64,000 nucleotides of DNA from a virus, in IMG/VR virus record IMGVR_UViG_3300048930_000409, positions 12,212-76,211 of that record; one strand, 5' to 3'. Of the stretch, positions 46,104 to 56,127 are shown piece after piece. The first letter of the stretch is position 1; every line of letters starts with the position of its first letter. The notes beneath the pieces are model-generated. The model made no database searches and had not been told where the DNA came from. It saw nothing but the letters and a program-made list of their open reading frames with translations. Position numbers and translations under genes: made by a program.

Positions 46104-47804
46104 CTACAGACTGTCGAACAACTGTTCCTGCGTGACCGACGTCCGTCGCAACACTTCTTGAACCACTTCTGGGGTGAGGAACGATTCACCCCGGACGCCT
46201 GCGGTCCGCATGGCTTCGTTCAAGACCCAGACGATATAATACGTCACCGGGACATTGACGACGACCAAGTCTCCGTTGATGGCCCACACCATCGCCACGG
46301 TGCCCTGCGCGTGGATGGCGGTCGACAACGCCCCGGTCAGTCCCAAGGACATCGCGGCGGTGCCGACAAGGGCGGCGGATGGCTTGAACAGGTCGCCGGT
46401 CACGCCCACGCTCACGGGCAAGGTGCCCCCGAGGGCGATGGCCGTCGACAGGTCGCCGGTCACCCCCACCGTCAGCGGTGTCGCCCCGGCCAGCGCCAGC
46501 GCTGTAGCCAACGCCCCGGACACCTGCACCGACATCGGCGCGGCCCCGCCCAGCGCGATGGCCGTCGACAACGCTCCCGATAGGCCGAGGACCATGTCCG
46601 CTGCGCCGGCCAGCGTACTGTTCCCGAGCAGGGCGCCCGTCACGTCCCACGCCATCGGCAACGCGCCAGCGAAGGAGATGACGGTCAGCAACTGCCCGGT
46701 ATTACTCACCACGACAGGCAACGCGCCGGTCAGGGCAATCGCGGTCGACAGGTCACCGGTCAGGGCAAACGCCGCGCCCAGGTCACCCGACAGCCCGGAC
46801 CCGACGACCAGCCCGCCCGTCACGCCGAACACGGCCCCAACGGAGGCGGCCAGTTGAATCTGGGTCGTCAGGTTTGCTGACGCAGCTATCGCTATCGGAA
46901 CGGACCCGCCGAGTGCGATACTGGTCAGCAGATCGCCGGAGGCGGCCATCGCCATTGCGGCATTGCCATTCAAGGCAATCGCGGTCGACAGCGCTCCCGT
47001 CACGCCGAACGCGGACGCGGCCGACCCAGCCAGCGCGATCTGCGTCGACAAGGCGCCTGTCGCGGCCACCGATGCTGCCATCGCGCCCGCCATGGTGATC
47101 TGCGTCGACAGCGCGCCAGTCAACGAAGCCGTAACATTCAGGGCGCCGTCGAATGTCGCGGGACTGCCGCCTGACACGAGCGGAAACGCCACCATGCACG
47201 CGTAGGCGAACCGCGCCGTTCCGATGTTGGTGAAGTTGCCCCGCTGATCGGACTCTGCGGATATCGAATTCCGCCATCCAAAATACTGCTGGTTGCCTCC
47301 GACGGTGCCCTTTGTCCAACCGGCGCCTTCGACAGTGCCGCTGTTCGATCCGCTGATGCGGCCGATTACGAACATCAGTGTCGGACCGGTTGTGTCGACA
47401 TCCCCGACCGCGCCCGCGTAGTGATCGCCGTCGTTGATACCGTCGTAGAACGTTGACGCAATCGGCGTCGCCAACGGATCAAGTCCCGTACACTCGAACG
47501 CCGTGCAGAACATGTTCTGCGCCGTGCCTGTAACTTGCGCGATGCTGATGTCGTGATTGCCGGCGCTCACGCCGAACTTTACGAAGATGTATTGCGGGAA
47601 CGACCCGAGCGACGGACGACTGTCGCCCACCAACACAAAGTCTCCCGCGTCCAGGTTCGTCGTGATGATGTACTCACGCGACGCCGACGACTCGCGCCCG
47701 ATCAGCACTACAAGGTCGCTCCCGCCCGCCACCCCTAGAAGCTGCAGGAGTGACGGGCCGGGAGTGCCGCTGTAGACGTTGCTCTGCTGAATGGGCGCGG
47801 CCAT
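46104..47804 (-). CDS. repeat-rich fibre-like virion protein
   Basis: About 12 copies of a 21-aa repeat (TG[AD]LSTAIAL.G...). Confidence 0.7.
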   Translation of the reverse strand: MAAPIQQSNVYSGTPGPSLLQLLGVAGGSDLVVLIGRESSASREYIITTNLDAGDFVLVGDSRPSLGSFPQYIFVKFGVSAGNHDISIAQVTGTAQNMFCTAFECTGLDPLATPIASTFYDGINDGDHYAGAVGDVDTTGPTLMFVIGRISGSNSGTVEGAGWTKGTVGGNQQYFGWRNSISAESDQRGNFTNIGTARFAYACMVAFPLVSGGSPATFDGALNVTASLTGALSTQITMAGAMAASVAATGALSTQIALAGSAASAFGVTGALSTAIALNGNAAMAMAASGDLLTSIALGGSVPIAIAASANLTTQIQLAASVGAVFGVTGGLVVGSGLSGDLGAAFALTGDLSTAIALTGALPVVVSNTGQLLTVISFAGALPMAWDVTGALLGNSTLAGAADMVLGLSGALSTAIALGGAAPMSVQVSGALATALALAGATPLTVGVTGDLSTAIALGGTLPVSVGVTGDLFKPSAALVGTAAMSLGLTGALSTAIHAQGTVAMVWAINGDLVVVNVPVTYYIVWVLNEAMRTAGVRGESFLTPEVVQEVLRRTSVTQEQLFDSL

Positions 47805-47810
47805 GTCGAG

Positions 47811-48170
47811 TTACACGCCAGCCTTCTGCGTGCCAGACAGGGCGCCGAGATCGATCATGCCCTGCTCGAGAGCGCTCTGCGCGGCTGCAATCATCGCCGC
47901 AACGGCCGCCAACGCTCCGGCGTTCATCTTCACTCGAGCCAGGAAGTTGAGTCGTTCGACATCGATTTCGAGGATACCTCCACTGATGTGATACCGCGCG
48001 TCCAGTACCGGGGCATCGGGACTGGTCGTCGACGTCATCTTCCCCAGACCGTTGATCGTGCCGCGATCCGTGTCGTACACGATCTGGCTCAGGTAGAACT
48101 TGTCGTATGCTGTAGACCCAGCCCCGCCGAGGACGGTCTTCAGCTGCGGAGGAGTTGAAAGCGTGATCAT
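47811..48170 (-). CDS. hypothetical protein
   Basis: AAGGAG RBS. Confidence 0.6.
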   Translation of the reverse strand: MITLSTPPQLKTVLGGAGSTAYDKFYLSQIVYDTDRGTINGLGKMTSTTSPDAPVLDARYHISGGILEIDVERLNFLARVKMNAGALAAVAAMIAAAQSALEQGMIDLGALSGTQKAGV

Positions 48171-48179
48171 GACTGCTCC

Positions 48180-48614
48180 TTACGTCAGCGACGCGGTCAG
48201 CGTGCCAGCCGGGAACGACGGGGCCGGGTCGCTGTTGTTGATGGTCTTGGGCGCGTTCAGCGCCCCCTGCATCGCCACGCTACCGCCCGTGGGGGCCGTC
48301 ATCAGGGCGAAGTGCGTTGCGGTGCCCCAGTTCGCCGACGGCACCGGGAACGTCACCGTCAGCAGGTTCGAGGTCGTGCCGGTCGTCCCGCTGCTGGCGC
48401 CGGTACCCGAGTTCTGGGTGTTGCGCCAGTTCGTGGAATTGCATGGCACCTGCACGCGGGCGTAGCTACCGCCAGTGATCTCGGTGCCGCCGCCCGCATC
48501 CGACGGAGCGCCCGTGAACAGCGCGACGTACCAGTCGGTCGGGGCCGTGTGCTGGATACCCCGGAACAGGTGATCGATGAGAAGATTCTCGAGATAGTCG
48601 GTAGCTGCAGACAT
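48180..48614 (-). CDS. conserved phage structural (head/tail fibre base-like) protein
   Basis: DYLEN.LID...YVALFT.APSDAGGGTE..GGSYARV...WGT.THF. Confidence 0.75.
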   Translation of the reverse strand: MSAATDYLENLLIDHLFRGIQHTAPTDWYVALFTGAPSDAGGGTEITGGSYARVQVPCNSTNWRNTQNSGTGASSGTTGTTSNLLTVTFPVPSANWGTATHFALMTAPTGGSVAMQGALNAPKTINNSDPAPSFPAGTLTASLT

Positions 48615-48623
48615 TGGGTCTCC

Positions 48624-50180
48624 TTACCGTACGCGGAACGCGACGGCCTTCATGTTGTTGCTGTCACGCCGCTCGTCGAGGACTTCGACGCCCGGTCCCT
48701 TCACGAAACTGCTGATATCCTTGTCGGCGCGGATCGGAAACATCACGCCCCGATTGCCGACACCCACGGCACGGAAGGCCCCTCGGCCATCCTGGATGAA
48801 CTTCTCCACAGCACGGACGTCGTCCGTCGTCGGGAAGGCATCGGCACGGAAGGGCGCCTCGGCCCAGTGCCCGCGCCACACGCGGTCGTCACTCATCGGA
48901 ATGGCGTCCAGGCCTGCGTTGAACGCATCCAGGCAGCGGTCCGTGTCCGGCCCCCACCCCATGCACCACAGCCCATCGTCGTGGTGGAAGCACATGACAT
49001 GCTTGCGGGCGCGGCTGTGCGCGGCAGCGGCAAACGCCGCCATCTCGCTCTGGCAGACATCCCCGTTTCGGCCGTCGCGGCGGAGGTCGCCGAAGTTGCA
49101 CGGCTCGCCGGAATCGAACGGCATGTCTTCCAGCTGGTGATGGTCGCGGTTCATCTCCTTGCTGTCGATGACGGCGGCCTCGCCCGAGCGCTTGATCCAC
49201 TCGGTCCAGAACACTCCCGTGTCGCGGGAGATGTGGGCCGAGACGTACGTCGCCGGACGGCGCGAGAACTTCGGGTCGTGCCAGTCGGCGCCGTCGATGC
49301 CCGACAGGTTGACCATGGCATCAGGGTCTTCACGGCGGATCATGTCCACCACACGCCACAGGAACGCTTCACTGCGGGAGAAGCCGATGTTCTTGAACTC
49401 GTTCGCCACTTCCCAAATGACGTTGTTCTCGAACGTCAGGGCACGCACAAACGTCTCGGCGTACCGCATCAGCGCCGTCTGCCGGTGCGGATGGCCATCG
49501 ACCACGTCGCGGCGGTCGCGCCAGTCCTCGAACGAGACGGCGTCCGCATCGGGCAGCAGTTCGTGCAGGTCGCCGAAGATGAACCAGCGCACCTTGAGCC
49601 CGTGGCGTGCCGCCTCCTGGGTGAGTTCACGCGCGGCCGTGAACGTCTCGGGCGTGTTCGGAATGGTCAGGTCCAGGCCCGTCAGGGCGCGGGCCGTGTC
49701 GGACCAGTATGGACCGCCCAGACTGCCGGCGCACCGAAGAATCGTCACTCGCTTGGACGCCGCCCGCGCCATCCACGCGGAGACATGAGACTTGCGCCCC
49801 TGCATCCAGTGGGACAGCAGGCTCATGGCGGTGAACTCGCGCCAATCGAACAGGCCCAGGTCTGTCATGAACCAGCGCTTGCTGGGCGATACGCGGAGCG
49901 GAAGCGTCGTGTCCGGACGCGCGGCCGGGGGCGGCGTCTCCGGCTCATCCGGCACGGGCACCGGCTTCGCGTGCATGTCCTTGTATTCCTGGGTGGAGTG
50001 CCACCAGGCGACCAAGGCTTCCTTGGAGAGCGTGCGGTTGGCTTCGAGCGACGCGAACGCCGTCAGCCAGGCCGCCATGAAGTCCGCGTCCGCCAGCACT
50101 TGCGGAAACGGACGCCATGGCGCCTCGGTTCGGATGATGTCGACGATGGTGGCCCACTCGTGGGACTGGTAGGGTCGCAT
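48624..50180 (-). CDS. glycoside hydrolase clan A (GH5-like) TIM-barrel protein
   Basis: EAARHGLKV, NVIWEVANE acid/base motif, DSGEP, FHH. Confidence 0.6.
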   Translation of the reverse strand: MRPYQSHEWATIVDIIRTEAPWRPFPQVLADADFMAAWLTAFASLEANRTLSKEALVAWWHSTQEYKDMHAKPVPVPDEPETPPPAARPDTTLPLRVSPSKRWFMTDLGLFDWREFTAMSLLSHWMQGRKSHVSAWMARAASKRVTILRCAGSLGGPYWSDTARALTGLDLTIPNTPETFTAARELTQEAARHGLKVRWFIFGDLHELLPDADAVSFEDWRDRRDVVDGHPHRQTALMRYAETFVRALTFENNVIWEVANEFKNIGFSRSEAFLWRVVDMIRREDPDAMVNLSGIDGADWHDPKFSRRPATYVSAHISRDTGVFWTEWIKRSGEAAVIDSKEMNRDHHQLEDMPFDSGEPCNFGDLRRDGRNGDVCQSEMAAFAAAAHSRARKHVMCFHHDDGLWCMGWGPDTDRCLDAFNAGLDAIPMSDDRVWRGHWAEAPFRADAFPTTDDVRAVEKFIQDGRGAFRAVGVGNRGVMFPIRADKDISSFVKGPGVEVLDERRDSNNMKAVAFRVR

Positions 50181-50333
50181 GGTCAGGTTACCTGCACTGG
50201 AATTCGATGGGAACGACGACCGGGGCCACGCCCGGCGGAATGTTCGGCTGATACCAATTTGTGACGGTGGCCCCGCACTTCACGAGGCCGCCATCACACA
50301 CCAACTCGCCGAACGCCATGACCTGCATGCCCG

Positions 50334-50954
50334 CTACTTCGGACTCGGGGAAGAGGTCAGCGATGCGGATTTCCCAGGCAGCGCCTGGTTCGACAAGCTG
50401 AGCCCATGTTCGGCGCCGACCGTCAGTGAAGACGAACGCAAGCTCGACGCGAGTGGCTCGATCACGTGAGTTGAACCCTCCCACATACGAATCAAGGAAT
50501 CGTCCGTCACGTCGCCAGATCCCGGCTTGCCCGATGACGCCTGCGCCTCCGCGACGACACCCCGGAAATTCCCCGGTGCTCCCGGTGGCGTCGCTCTCCT
50601 GAAAAGCAGGGAGTTCGAGTGGACCGACTTCAGCGTCCCGGAGATGGCACGGAGCGAGGCGTAGAAGTTCTTGACCGATGGCATCTCCGACACGGTCACT
50701 TCCAGGCTCACGGCATTCGGGTCGTTGATCGCGATGGTCTTCAGCACTTGGCCGGACACCCCCTCGCCGGTCTGGGCCGTGTTGGCGAAGACCACTTCGT
50801 ACCCCGTCACGGGGTCGCCGGTCGTGGGCTTGTCCCACCCCAGCTGCACGGACGTCGCCGACGGGAGCAGCACGATCTCGGGCGGGGCCTGCGCCAGTGC
50901 GACCGTCGAGGTCAAGCACAGCATCAGGAACATCATCAAGACTCTCATGGACAT
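50334..50954 (-). CDS. exported fibronectin type III-like protein (possibly extended by frameshift to 50188)
   Basis: Signal peptide ALA|Q; LGWDKP..VTGYEV...SN..PGAPGNF. Confidence 0.65.
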   Translation of the reverse strand: MSMRVLMMFLMLCLTSTVALAQAPPEIVLLPSATSVQLGWDKPTTGDPVTGYEVVFANTAQTGEGVSGQVLKTIAINDPNAVSLEVTVSEMPSVKNFYASLRAISGTLKSVHSNSLLFRRATPPGAPGNFRGVVAEAQASSGKPGSGDVTDDSLIRMWEGSTHVIEPLASSLRSSSLTVGAEHGLSLSNQALPGKSASLTSSPSPK

Positions 50955-51038
50955 CTCCTTGCACGTAGAAGAAACGGCCCGCACATGCAACACGTGCGGG
51001 CCGAGTGACCTCGATCGTTGGTGTCGAGGGCGAACCGC

Positions 51039-51455
51039 CTACTTCTTCGCCGTCTTCTTGGCCTTGGCCGGGGCCTTCGTCTTCTTGGCCTTGGCCGGCT
51101 TCACCGGGGGCGGGGGAGGCGCGTCATCTTCTTCCTCCTCGTCATCCTCGGTCTCGGTCTCGTCGACGTCGGCATCGTCGTCTTCGGTCACATCGACCGC
51201 GTCGGATTCCTCCTCGTCCTCGACGGACTCCTGCGCGGCAGCGGCCTTGCGACCACGTGCCAGCGGGGCGGCCTCGGCGTCGAAGGAAGACGTCAGGCCC
51301 ATGGCCTCGGCGTACTCCTCCGGCGTCGCAGGCCGAATCATGCGCGTAGACGTCATCGCGGCTTCGTTGCGGAAGCTGCCCGTGTCCACGAGGTCTCCCC
51401 GTTCATACGCCTCGCCAAAGGCGGTGAAGGGCTTGACCACTACAGAAATCGCCAT
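51039..51455 (-). CDS. hypothetical protein with acidic tract and Lys-rich tail
   Basis: AAGGAGG RBS; follows the capsid gene. Confidence 0.65.
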   Translation of the reverse strand: MAISVVVKPFTAFGEAYERGDLVDTGSFRNEAAMTSTRMIRPATPEEYAEAMGLTSSFDAEAAPLARGRKAAAAQESVEDEEESDAVDVTEDDDADVDETETEDDEEEEDDAPPPPPVKPAKAKKTKAPAKAKKTAKK

Positions 51456-51482
51456 GTCCGTTCCTCCTTGCTGGTGGACGGG

Positions 51483-52481
51483 TTATCCGACGATGTTCTC
51501 GATGAACACGCCGAGGTCGGGCGCCACGGCCTTGTTGTCGAACGCGACCTCCATCTCGTACCGCGTCGACTTGGTCAGCGGCACCGGGATGGTCGCCACG
51601 CCCGCGCCGAGGCCGAGGCCACCGGACACGCCGGTCCAGCGGAACGTGTAGCCCGCCGACGGAGTCAGTCGACCGGGGTTCGCAGCCACGTGCCCGAACC
51701 AGGCCGACTTGCCGAAGATGAACGACACGGCCTTGGTCGCGCGCTCGGGCGCCGTGTTGACGACGGCCTTGGCGATCAGGATGCGGTCGATCTCGAGGAA
51801 CTCCTCGAGCATCCGCAGCGTGACCGACTCGGTCGACGTGTACTTCAGGCGCTCCTTGAAGTCCGGGTGACGGCGGAGCTTCCGGTAGGCCTGGTAGCCG
51901 ATGACGAGCGTGTTGTTCTCGAGACCCGTGCTCGTGAGCGACCGCTCGCGGATCAGGTCGAGGTCGGCTTCCGGGTCCGACGCCACGTCGTCCCAGCGGA
52001 GGAACTGGTTGCCGGTCGGACCCGACGCGACGCCCGCGTAGTCCGTGCCCCAGACACCGGTCTTGAAGAAGTCCGCCGCCCACTGCCGCTCCTGGCGCAG
52101 CGCGAGGCGGGACGACACGAAGTTGACCGTCGCTTCCTCGAGGTTCAGGCCGTCGTCCGCGTTGGCCAGCGTCTGGTTGTCCAGATCCTTGTGGAACGCC
52201 CAAACGTCGGCGTTGTAGCTGTCGGTCGACAGCTCGAACCCGCTGCCCGCCGACTCGGTGTGCGGCGCACGCTTCCGCGCTTCGTCGCGGAGCCATGCGT
52301 CGGACGGCCACGTCCAGTAGTTGTCCTTCTTGTGTTCCACATCCAGGATGGGGAACACGTTGGGGTAGATGAAGTCCTGCGTCGTCTGGAAGTACGCGAC
52401 GCCGATGTTCGACAGCGTACCCGAGATGTGGACGTCTTCGAGACTCGGCTGACCACGCCGAACCGGAACCAATGCGCTCAT
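51483..52481 (-). CDS. major capsid protein
   Basis: 332 aa; LSNIGVAY...FIYPNVFP, C-terminal VAPDLGVFIEN; synteny. Confidence 0.85.
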   Translation of the reverse strand: MSALVPVRRGQPSLEDVHISGTLSNIGVAYFQTTQDFIYPNVFPILDVEHKKDNYWTWPSDAWLRDEARKRAPHTESAGSGFELSTDSYNADVWAFHKDLDNQTLANADDGLNLEEATVNFVSSRLALRQERQWAADFFKTGVWGTDYAGVASGPTGNQFLRWDDVASDPEADLDLIRERSLTSTGLENNTLVIGYQAYRKLRRHPDFKERLKYTSTESVTLRMLEEFLEIDRILIAKAVVNTAPERATKAVSFIFGKSAWFGHVAANPGRLTPSAGYTFRWTGVSGGLGLGAGVATIPVPLTKSTRYEMEVAFDNKAVAPDLGVFIENIVG

Positions 52482-52517
52482 GTGCTGCTCTCCCTTGTTT
52501 CTGGGTTCGGGTGGACG

Positions 52518-52898
52518 TTACGAGATGGCCGTGGCGTACGGGCGACGGCAGTCGAAGGCGATGGACCCCAGCTGGTCCGCGCCCGTGGTCGTGTCCAGGG
52601 CCTGGCCCACGGACTTGGTGGCCGCACCGACGCCGCGACCGTTGGCACTGACACCGACGACGGCGCCCGCCGCGATGGCCGCGCTGGTCTTGTACTTGCT
52701 GATGCCGGCCATCCAGACCGTCGCGGATTCCCCGGCGCCGGGCTTGTTCTGGAGAATGCCGATCGCCTGGTCGGTCGTGGCCGCGATAGCGACGACCTGA
52801 CCGCTGGAGTTCAGCTTGACGAAGTGGTACTGCAGTGCCGAGAGGTCAGCGCCCGCATCGAACGAGAACTCCGAGGCGCCTGGGGCTTCGAAAGCCAT
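52518..52898 (-). CDS. capsid decoration/cement protein (DUF2190-like)
   Basis: AGADL...FVKL..IGILQNKP..G; synteny. Confidence 0.75.
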   Translation of the reverse strand: MAFEAPGASEFSFDAGADLSALQYHFVKLNSSGQVVAIAATTDQAIGILQNKPGAGESATVWMAGISKYKTSAAIAAGAVVGVSANGRGVGAATKSVGQALDTTTGADQLGSIAFDCRRPYATAIS

Positions 52899-52939
52899 GT
52901 GATTTGCTCCTTCTGACAGGTGTCAGGGGTCTGTTGATG

Positions 52940-53956
52940 TTAGGCCTGGCGACGGCCAGTCCGCTTCTCTTCCTCGACGAGCTCCCGGTACTTCTTCGGG
53001 TGCATCTTGTAGACCTTCGACAGCGCGACGGCCTTGACGGTCACCTTCGGGTCGGCCGCCATCAGGTCGGTCGCGGCCTTGTCGAAGAACTGCACGAGCT
53101 CCGACCCCTCGACCGTGGCGGTGGCGGTGTTCTCGCTGACGCCCTTCTCGATGGTCTGCGACGTCATCGCGGCGCCACCGGCCTTGATGAGGTTGAACGC
53201 CGCCGTGTACTGCTCCGGCGTCAGCGACTTCGCCATCGCGAGCAGGATGGCGCCCTTCTCCTCGGCCGTACCGGGGAGGTGTGGGATCTCGGCCTTGGCG
53301 ATGGCCGTGTATTCGAGCGTCTCACGCTTCTCGGTCTCGACCAGGCCCGCCGCGATGGCGCGGTCGGCGGCATCCTGGGCGGCCTTGGCCGTGGCCATCG
53401 CGGCCTCGGTCTGCGCCTGCTGCGCCTTCAGGAACGCCTGCACGTTGGCGGGCAGTTCGGCGAGGTTGATCTCGACGGCGGGCGGAGTCTGTTCGGCCGC
53501 TGCCGGGGGCGTGGCAATCGTCTTGCTCATCGTCTGGGGCTCCTGGTTGAAGAACCGGGCAAACACGCCCTCGGCCTTCTTCAGTACCAGCTGCTTGGCG
53601 ACATCGGCGTCGCCGTCGAGCGTGTTGCTGTCCATCGCGTCAAGCAGCTGATTGACGTACGCGCTGAACTCTTTGACCGACTTGCGAATGTCGGCAGAGG
53701 GGTTGTCGGCGTGGATAGCCGAGTACATGGCGTCCTGCATCGTGTAGATGGAGTCCGCCAACTTGTACAGGGCCTTGCGCCGCTGTTCGGCCAGCAGGAT
53801 GTCGTTGAACGTGGCCTTCTCGACGGTGTCCACGGCGACCGGCACCGGGGCGTGGGTGGCGTCGGACTTGTAGAACGCGATGTGCGCGTCGGGGTTGGAC
53901 CCACGCGGGACGAGCGCCACAGCGGTCACCGACAACTGCTTGAGTTTCTTGGCCAT
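52940..53956 (-). CDS. head scaffolding/maturation-associated protein
   Basis: VALVPRGSNPDA N-terminus, helical body, HPKKY C-terminus. Confidence 0.65.
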   Translation of the reverse strand: MAKKLKQLSVTAVALVPRGSNPDAHIAFYKSDATHAPVPVAVDTVEKATFNDILLAEQRRKALYKLADSIYTMQDAMYSAIHADNPSADIRKSVKEFSAYVNQLLDAMDSNTLDGDADVAKQLVLKKAEGVFARFFNQEPQTMSKTIATPPAAAEQTPPAVEINLAELPANVQAFLKAQQAQTEAAMATAKAAQDAADRAIAAGLVETEKRETLEYTAIAKAEIPHLPGTAEEKGAILLAMAKSLTPEQYTAAFNLIKAGGAAMTSQTIEKGVSENTATATVEGSELVQFFDKAATDLMAADPKVTVKAVALSKVYKMHPKKYRELVEEEKRTGRRQA

Positions 53957-54349
53957 TTACTCCTCGACCGGGATGGCCGTGCCCTCGATCGAGAACATGG
54001 CGTATTCGTTCTTCTTGATCTTGGACCACGCGGTATCGTCCTCGACGTAGAAGCCCACCCACCACCCCTGGTCCACGGCGTTCTTGGCCAGGCCCAGGGC
54101 CAGGCACTTCTCGGGGGTGAACATCATAGACTCGACCAGTTGACCGAGGACCGGTTCCGTGTGGTCGGCGTTCATGTCGCGGAACGACAGGACGAAGTTG
54201 TAGGCGGCGTTCTCCAGATCGTCGGGGTCGATCTGCTCTTGGTGGGAATCGGTGACCTGCTCGCCGGTCTTGCGGATGGCGACGTTCGCCCATCCGAACA
54301 CCAAGCGACGGTCGTCATCGACTTTCACCACGCTTGCTTGAGTTGCCAT
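53957..54349 (-). CDS. XkdF-like prohead serine protease domain protein
   Basis: RLVFGWA, DSHQE, H, VES, WWVGF, FSIEG. Confidence 0.8.
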   Translation of the reverse strand: MATQASVVKVDDDRRLVFGWANVAIRKTGEQVTDSHQEQIDPDDLENAAYNFVLSFRDMNADHTEPVLGQLVESMMFTPEKCLALGLAKNAVDQGWWVGFYVEDDTAWSKIKKNEYAMFSIEGTAIPVEE

Positions 54350-54699
54350 GCAGATTCCTAGTAGAAGAGGCGGCATTCCAGGGACATCGGTCCGAGGATT
54401 GCCGCCTCCACGCCTCTGACGGTCGAGCGTTTAGTTGAGAGTGCCCCCAGCGGGTGCCGAGTCCGCCGGGGGCCCTGCCTGCGCACCCCTACGCATGTCC
54501 TACCACCGAGGGGGATTATGCGGGCTCGCGGGGAAGGTGTCAACCCCCCAGGTCGGATTCGGTCTGAACCGAGACCAAGACCGCCCGAATGCGATTCCCC
54601 GCCCCGAACTTCACGACGACGTTGACCTCGCGCAACGTCTGGCGGTCCAGCACGGCGCCCCATTTCTGGAGCTCGATGCCCACGACGTCCGTGATGGCT

Positions 54700-56127
54700 C
54701 TACTCCTGGTCCTCGGTGTCGGGATCGGCGGGGTCGGCGGCGGGGTCGTCATCTTCACTCTCCTGGGCCTCGCGGGCCGCATCCACAGTCAACTGCGTAT
54801 TCGGGTCGACGTTGTCCCGGCCCAACTGAACGCCTTCGGTCGGCAGGTCGGCCAGCGCCAGAATCGCCTTCTCGATCTCGATGTTCGGGAAGATCTTGAA
54901 CCCGGCCTGGCTCAAGTTCTTCATGAAGATCGACATAGCCTCGAGGTCGGGCAGCATCAACCCCTTGGGGCGGAAGGTCGCCATCTCGTCCATCGGCCAT
55001 GCGTTGTACGCATACAGCTTCGTCAACGCGATACGGTTGATGACGTCGGCGATGCTCTTGGCCCACCCGGTGATGGAGTGCTGGAACATAGCGGTCTTGT
55101 TGCCGGCCAGCGCCTTCGACCCGTAGCGGTTGTTGTGGCCCAGGATGATGAAGTCGGCCAGACACGTCATGGCGATGGCGTTCGCATACCGCCCGATGAC
55201 CTGCGTCGTGTCGACGGACCGCGACCCCTTGGCCGACAGGAGTTCGAGTTCCCACCCGTACGGCTTGACGATACCCTCCTGCTCGTCGCGGCGGAGGTTG
55301 CGGACGACCGTCTCGGCCATGCGGAGGTACTCGGCGGCCTCCCCGTCCGACGCGTCCCAGATGTTGACGCCCTCGGGCGTGGTCATGACGGGCACGCCGT
55401 TCATGTCTCGCTCGATGCCGATGGCCTCGATCTCTTCCAACCGCTTCTTGAAGTACCACGGCCGGAACGAATTGCGGAGGATGGACCGCCCCTCGGGGTT
55501 GTCCTTGTGCGTGGACGTCCGGAACAACAGCCCTTTGTTCAGGGGCATGATGGCCTTGCGCCCCTCGCCATCGGCCTGTTCAAACCCGGTCACGCGGAAC
55601 TGGGGGTCACGAATCCACTTGACCAGGGTGTCCTGCCCACGGATGGCCATGTTCTGCCAGCCGATGACGCCGTCCTTGTACCGAGACGTCAGCGGATCAT
55701 CGGCGTGGGTGTACCCGGCGCGATTCTTGTACGTGACCTCCAGGAACGACCACCCGTAGGGCAACATGGACAGGATCTCGGACAACACGTCTGACCATGT
55801 CGTCGTCATGTCGTCCAGCATGGTCCGAATCGCTTCGGCCTGCTTCATGTGGACGTTCTGATCGCTGAACGGCTTGACTTCCCATTCGCACTGGCGAATG
55901 AGCATCGAGATAGCGAACATCACGGCGCCGACGATGGGGTCGTTGGACTCCATCTCGCGAATGACCTTCATGCCCTTGGCACCGCGCAACTCGGGCAAGA
56001 ACTCTTCGTCGACGCGTCCACCCCGGATCTTGATCCCGGTGAAGCCGACGTTCGACGTCCGCATCTTCTGTTCCTGCGAGGTCCGGTACTTCCGAACCGA
56101 CTGACGTGCTGGCTGACGACGCGCCAT
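54700..56127 (-). CDS. portal protein (DUF935-like)
   Basis: DNPEGRSILRN..PWYFKK..EIEAIGIERD; follows terminase. Confidence 0.9.
   Translation of the reverse strand: MARRQPARQSVRKYRTSQEQKMRTSNVGFTGIKIRGGRVDEEFLPELRGAKGMKVIREMESNDPIVGAVMFAISMLIRQCEWEVKPFSDQNVHMKQAEAIRTMLDDMTTTWSDVLSEILSMLPYGWSFLEVTYKNRAGYTHADDPLTSRYKDGVIGWQNMAIRGQDTLVKWIRDPQFRVTGFEQADGEGRKAIMPLNKGLLFRTSTHKDNPEGRSILRNSFRPWYFKKRLEEIEAIGIERDMNGVPVMTTPEGVNIWDASDGEAAEYLRMAETVVRNLRRDEQEGIVKPYGWELELLSAKGSRSVDTTQVIGRYANAIAMTCLADFIILGHNNRYGSKALAGNKTAMFQHSITGWAKSIADVINRIALTKLYAYNAWPMDEMATFRPKGLMLPDLEAMSIFMKNLSQAGFKIFPNIEIEKAILALADLPTEGVQLGRDNVDPNTQLTVDAAREAQESEDDDPAADPADPDTEDQE

Noticed and set aside
54360-54540. Intergenic stems as tRNA or ncRNA
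   Set aside because: No cloverleaf or T-loop consensus recognised.
54540-54695. Small ORF after the portal with AGGAG and a possible ATC start
   Set aside because: No canonical start near the RBS; cannot be supported without homologs.
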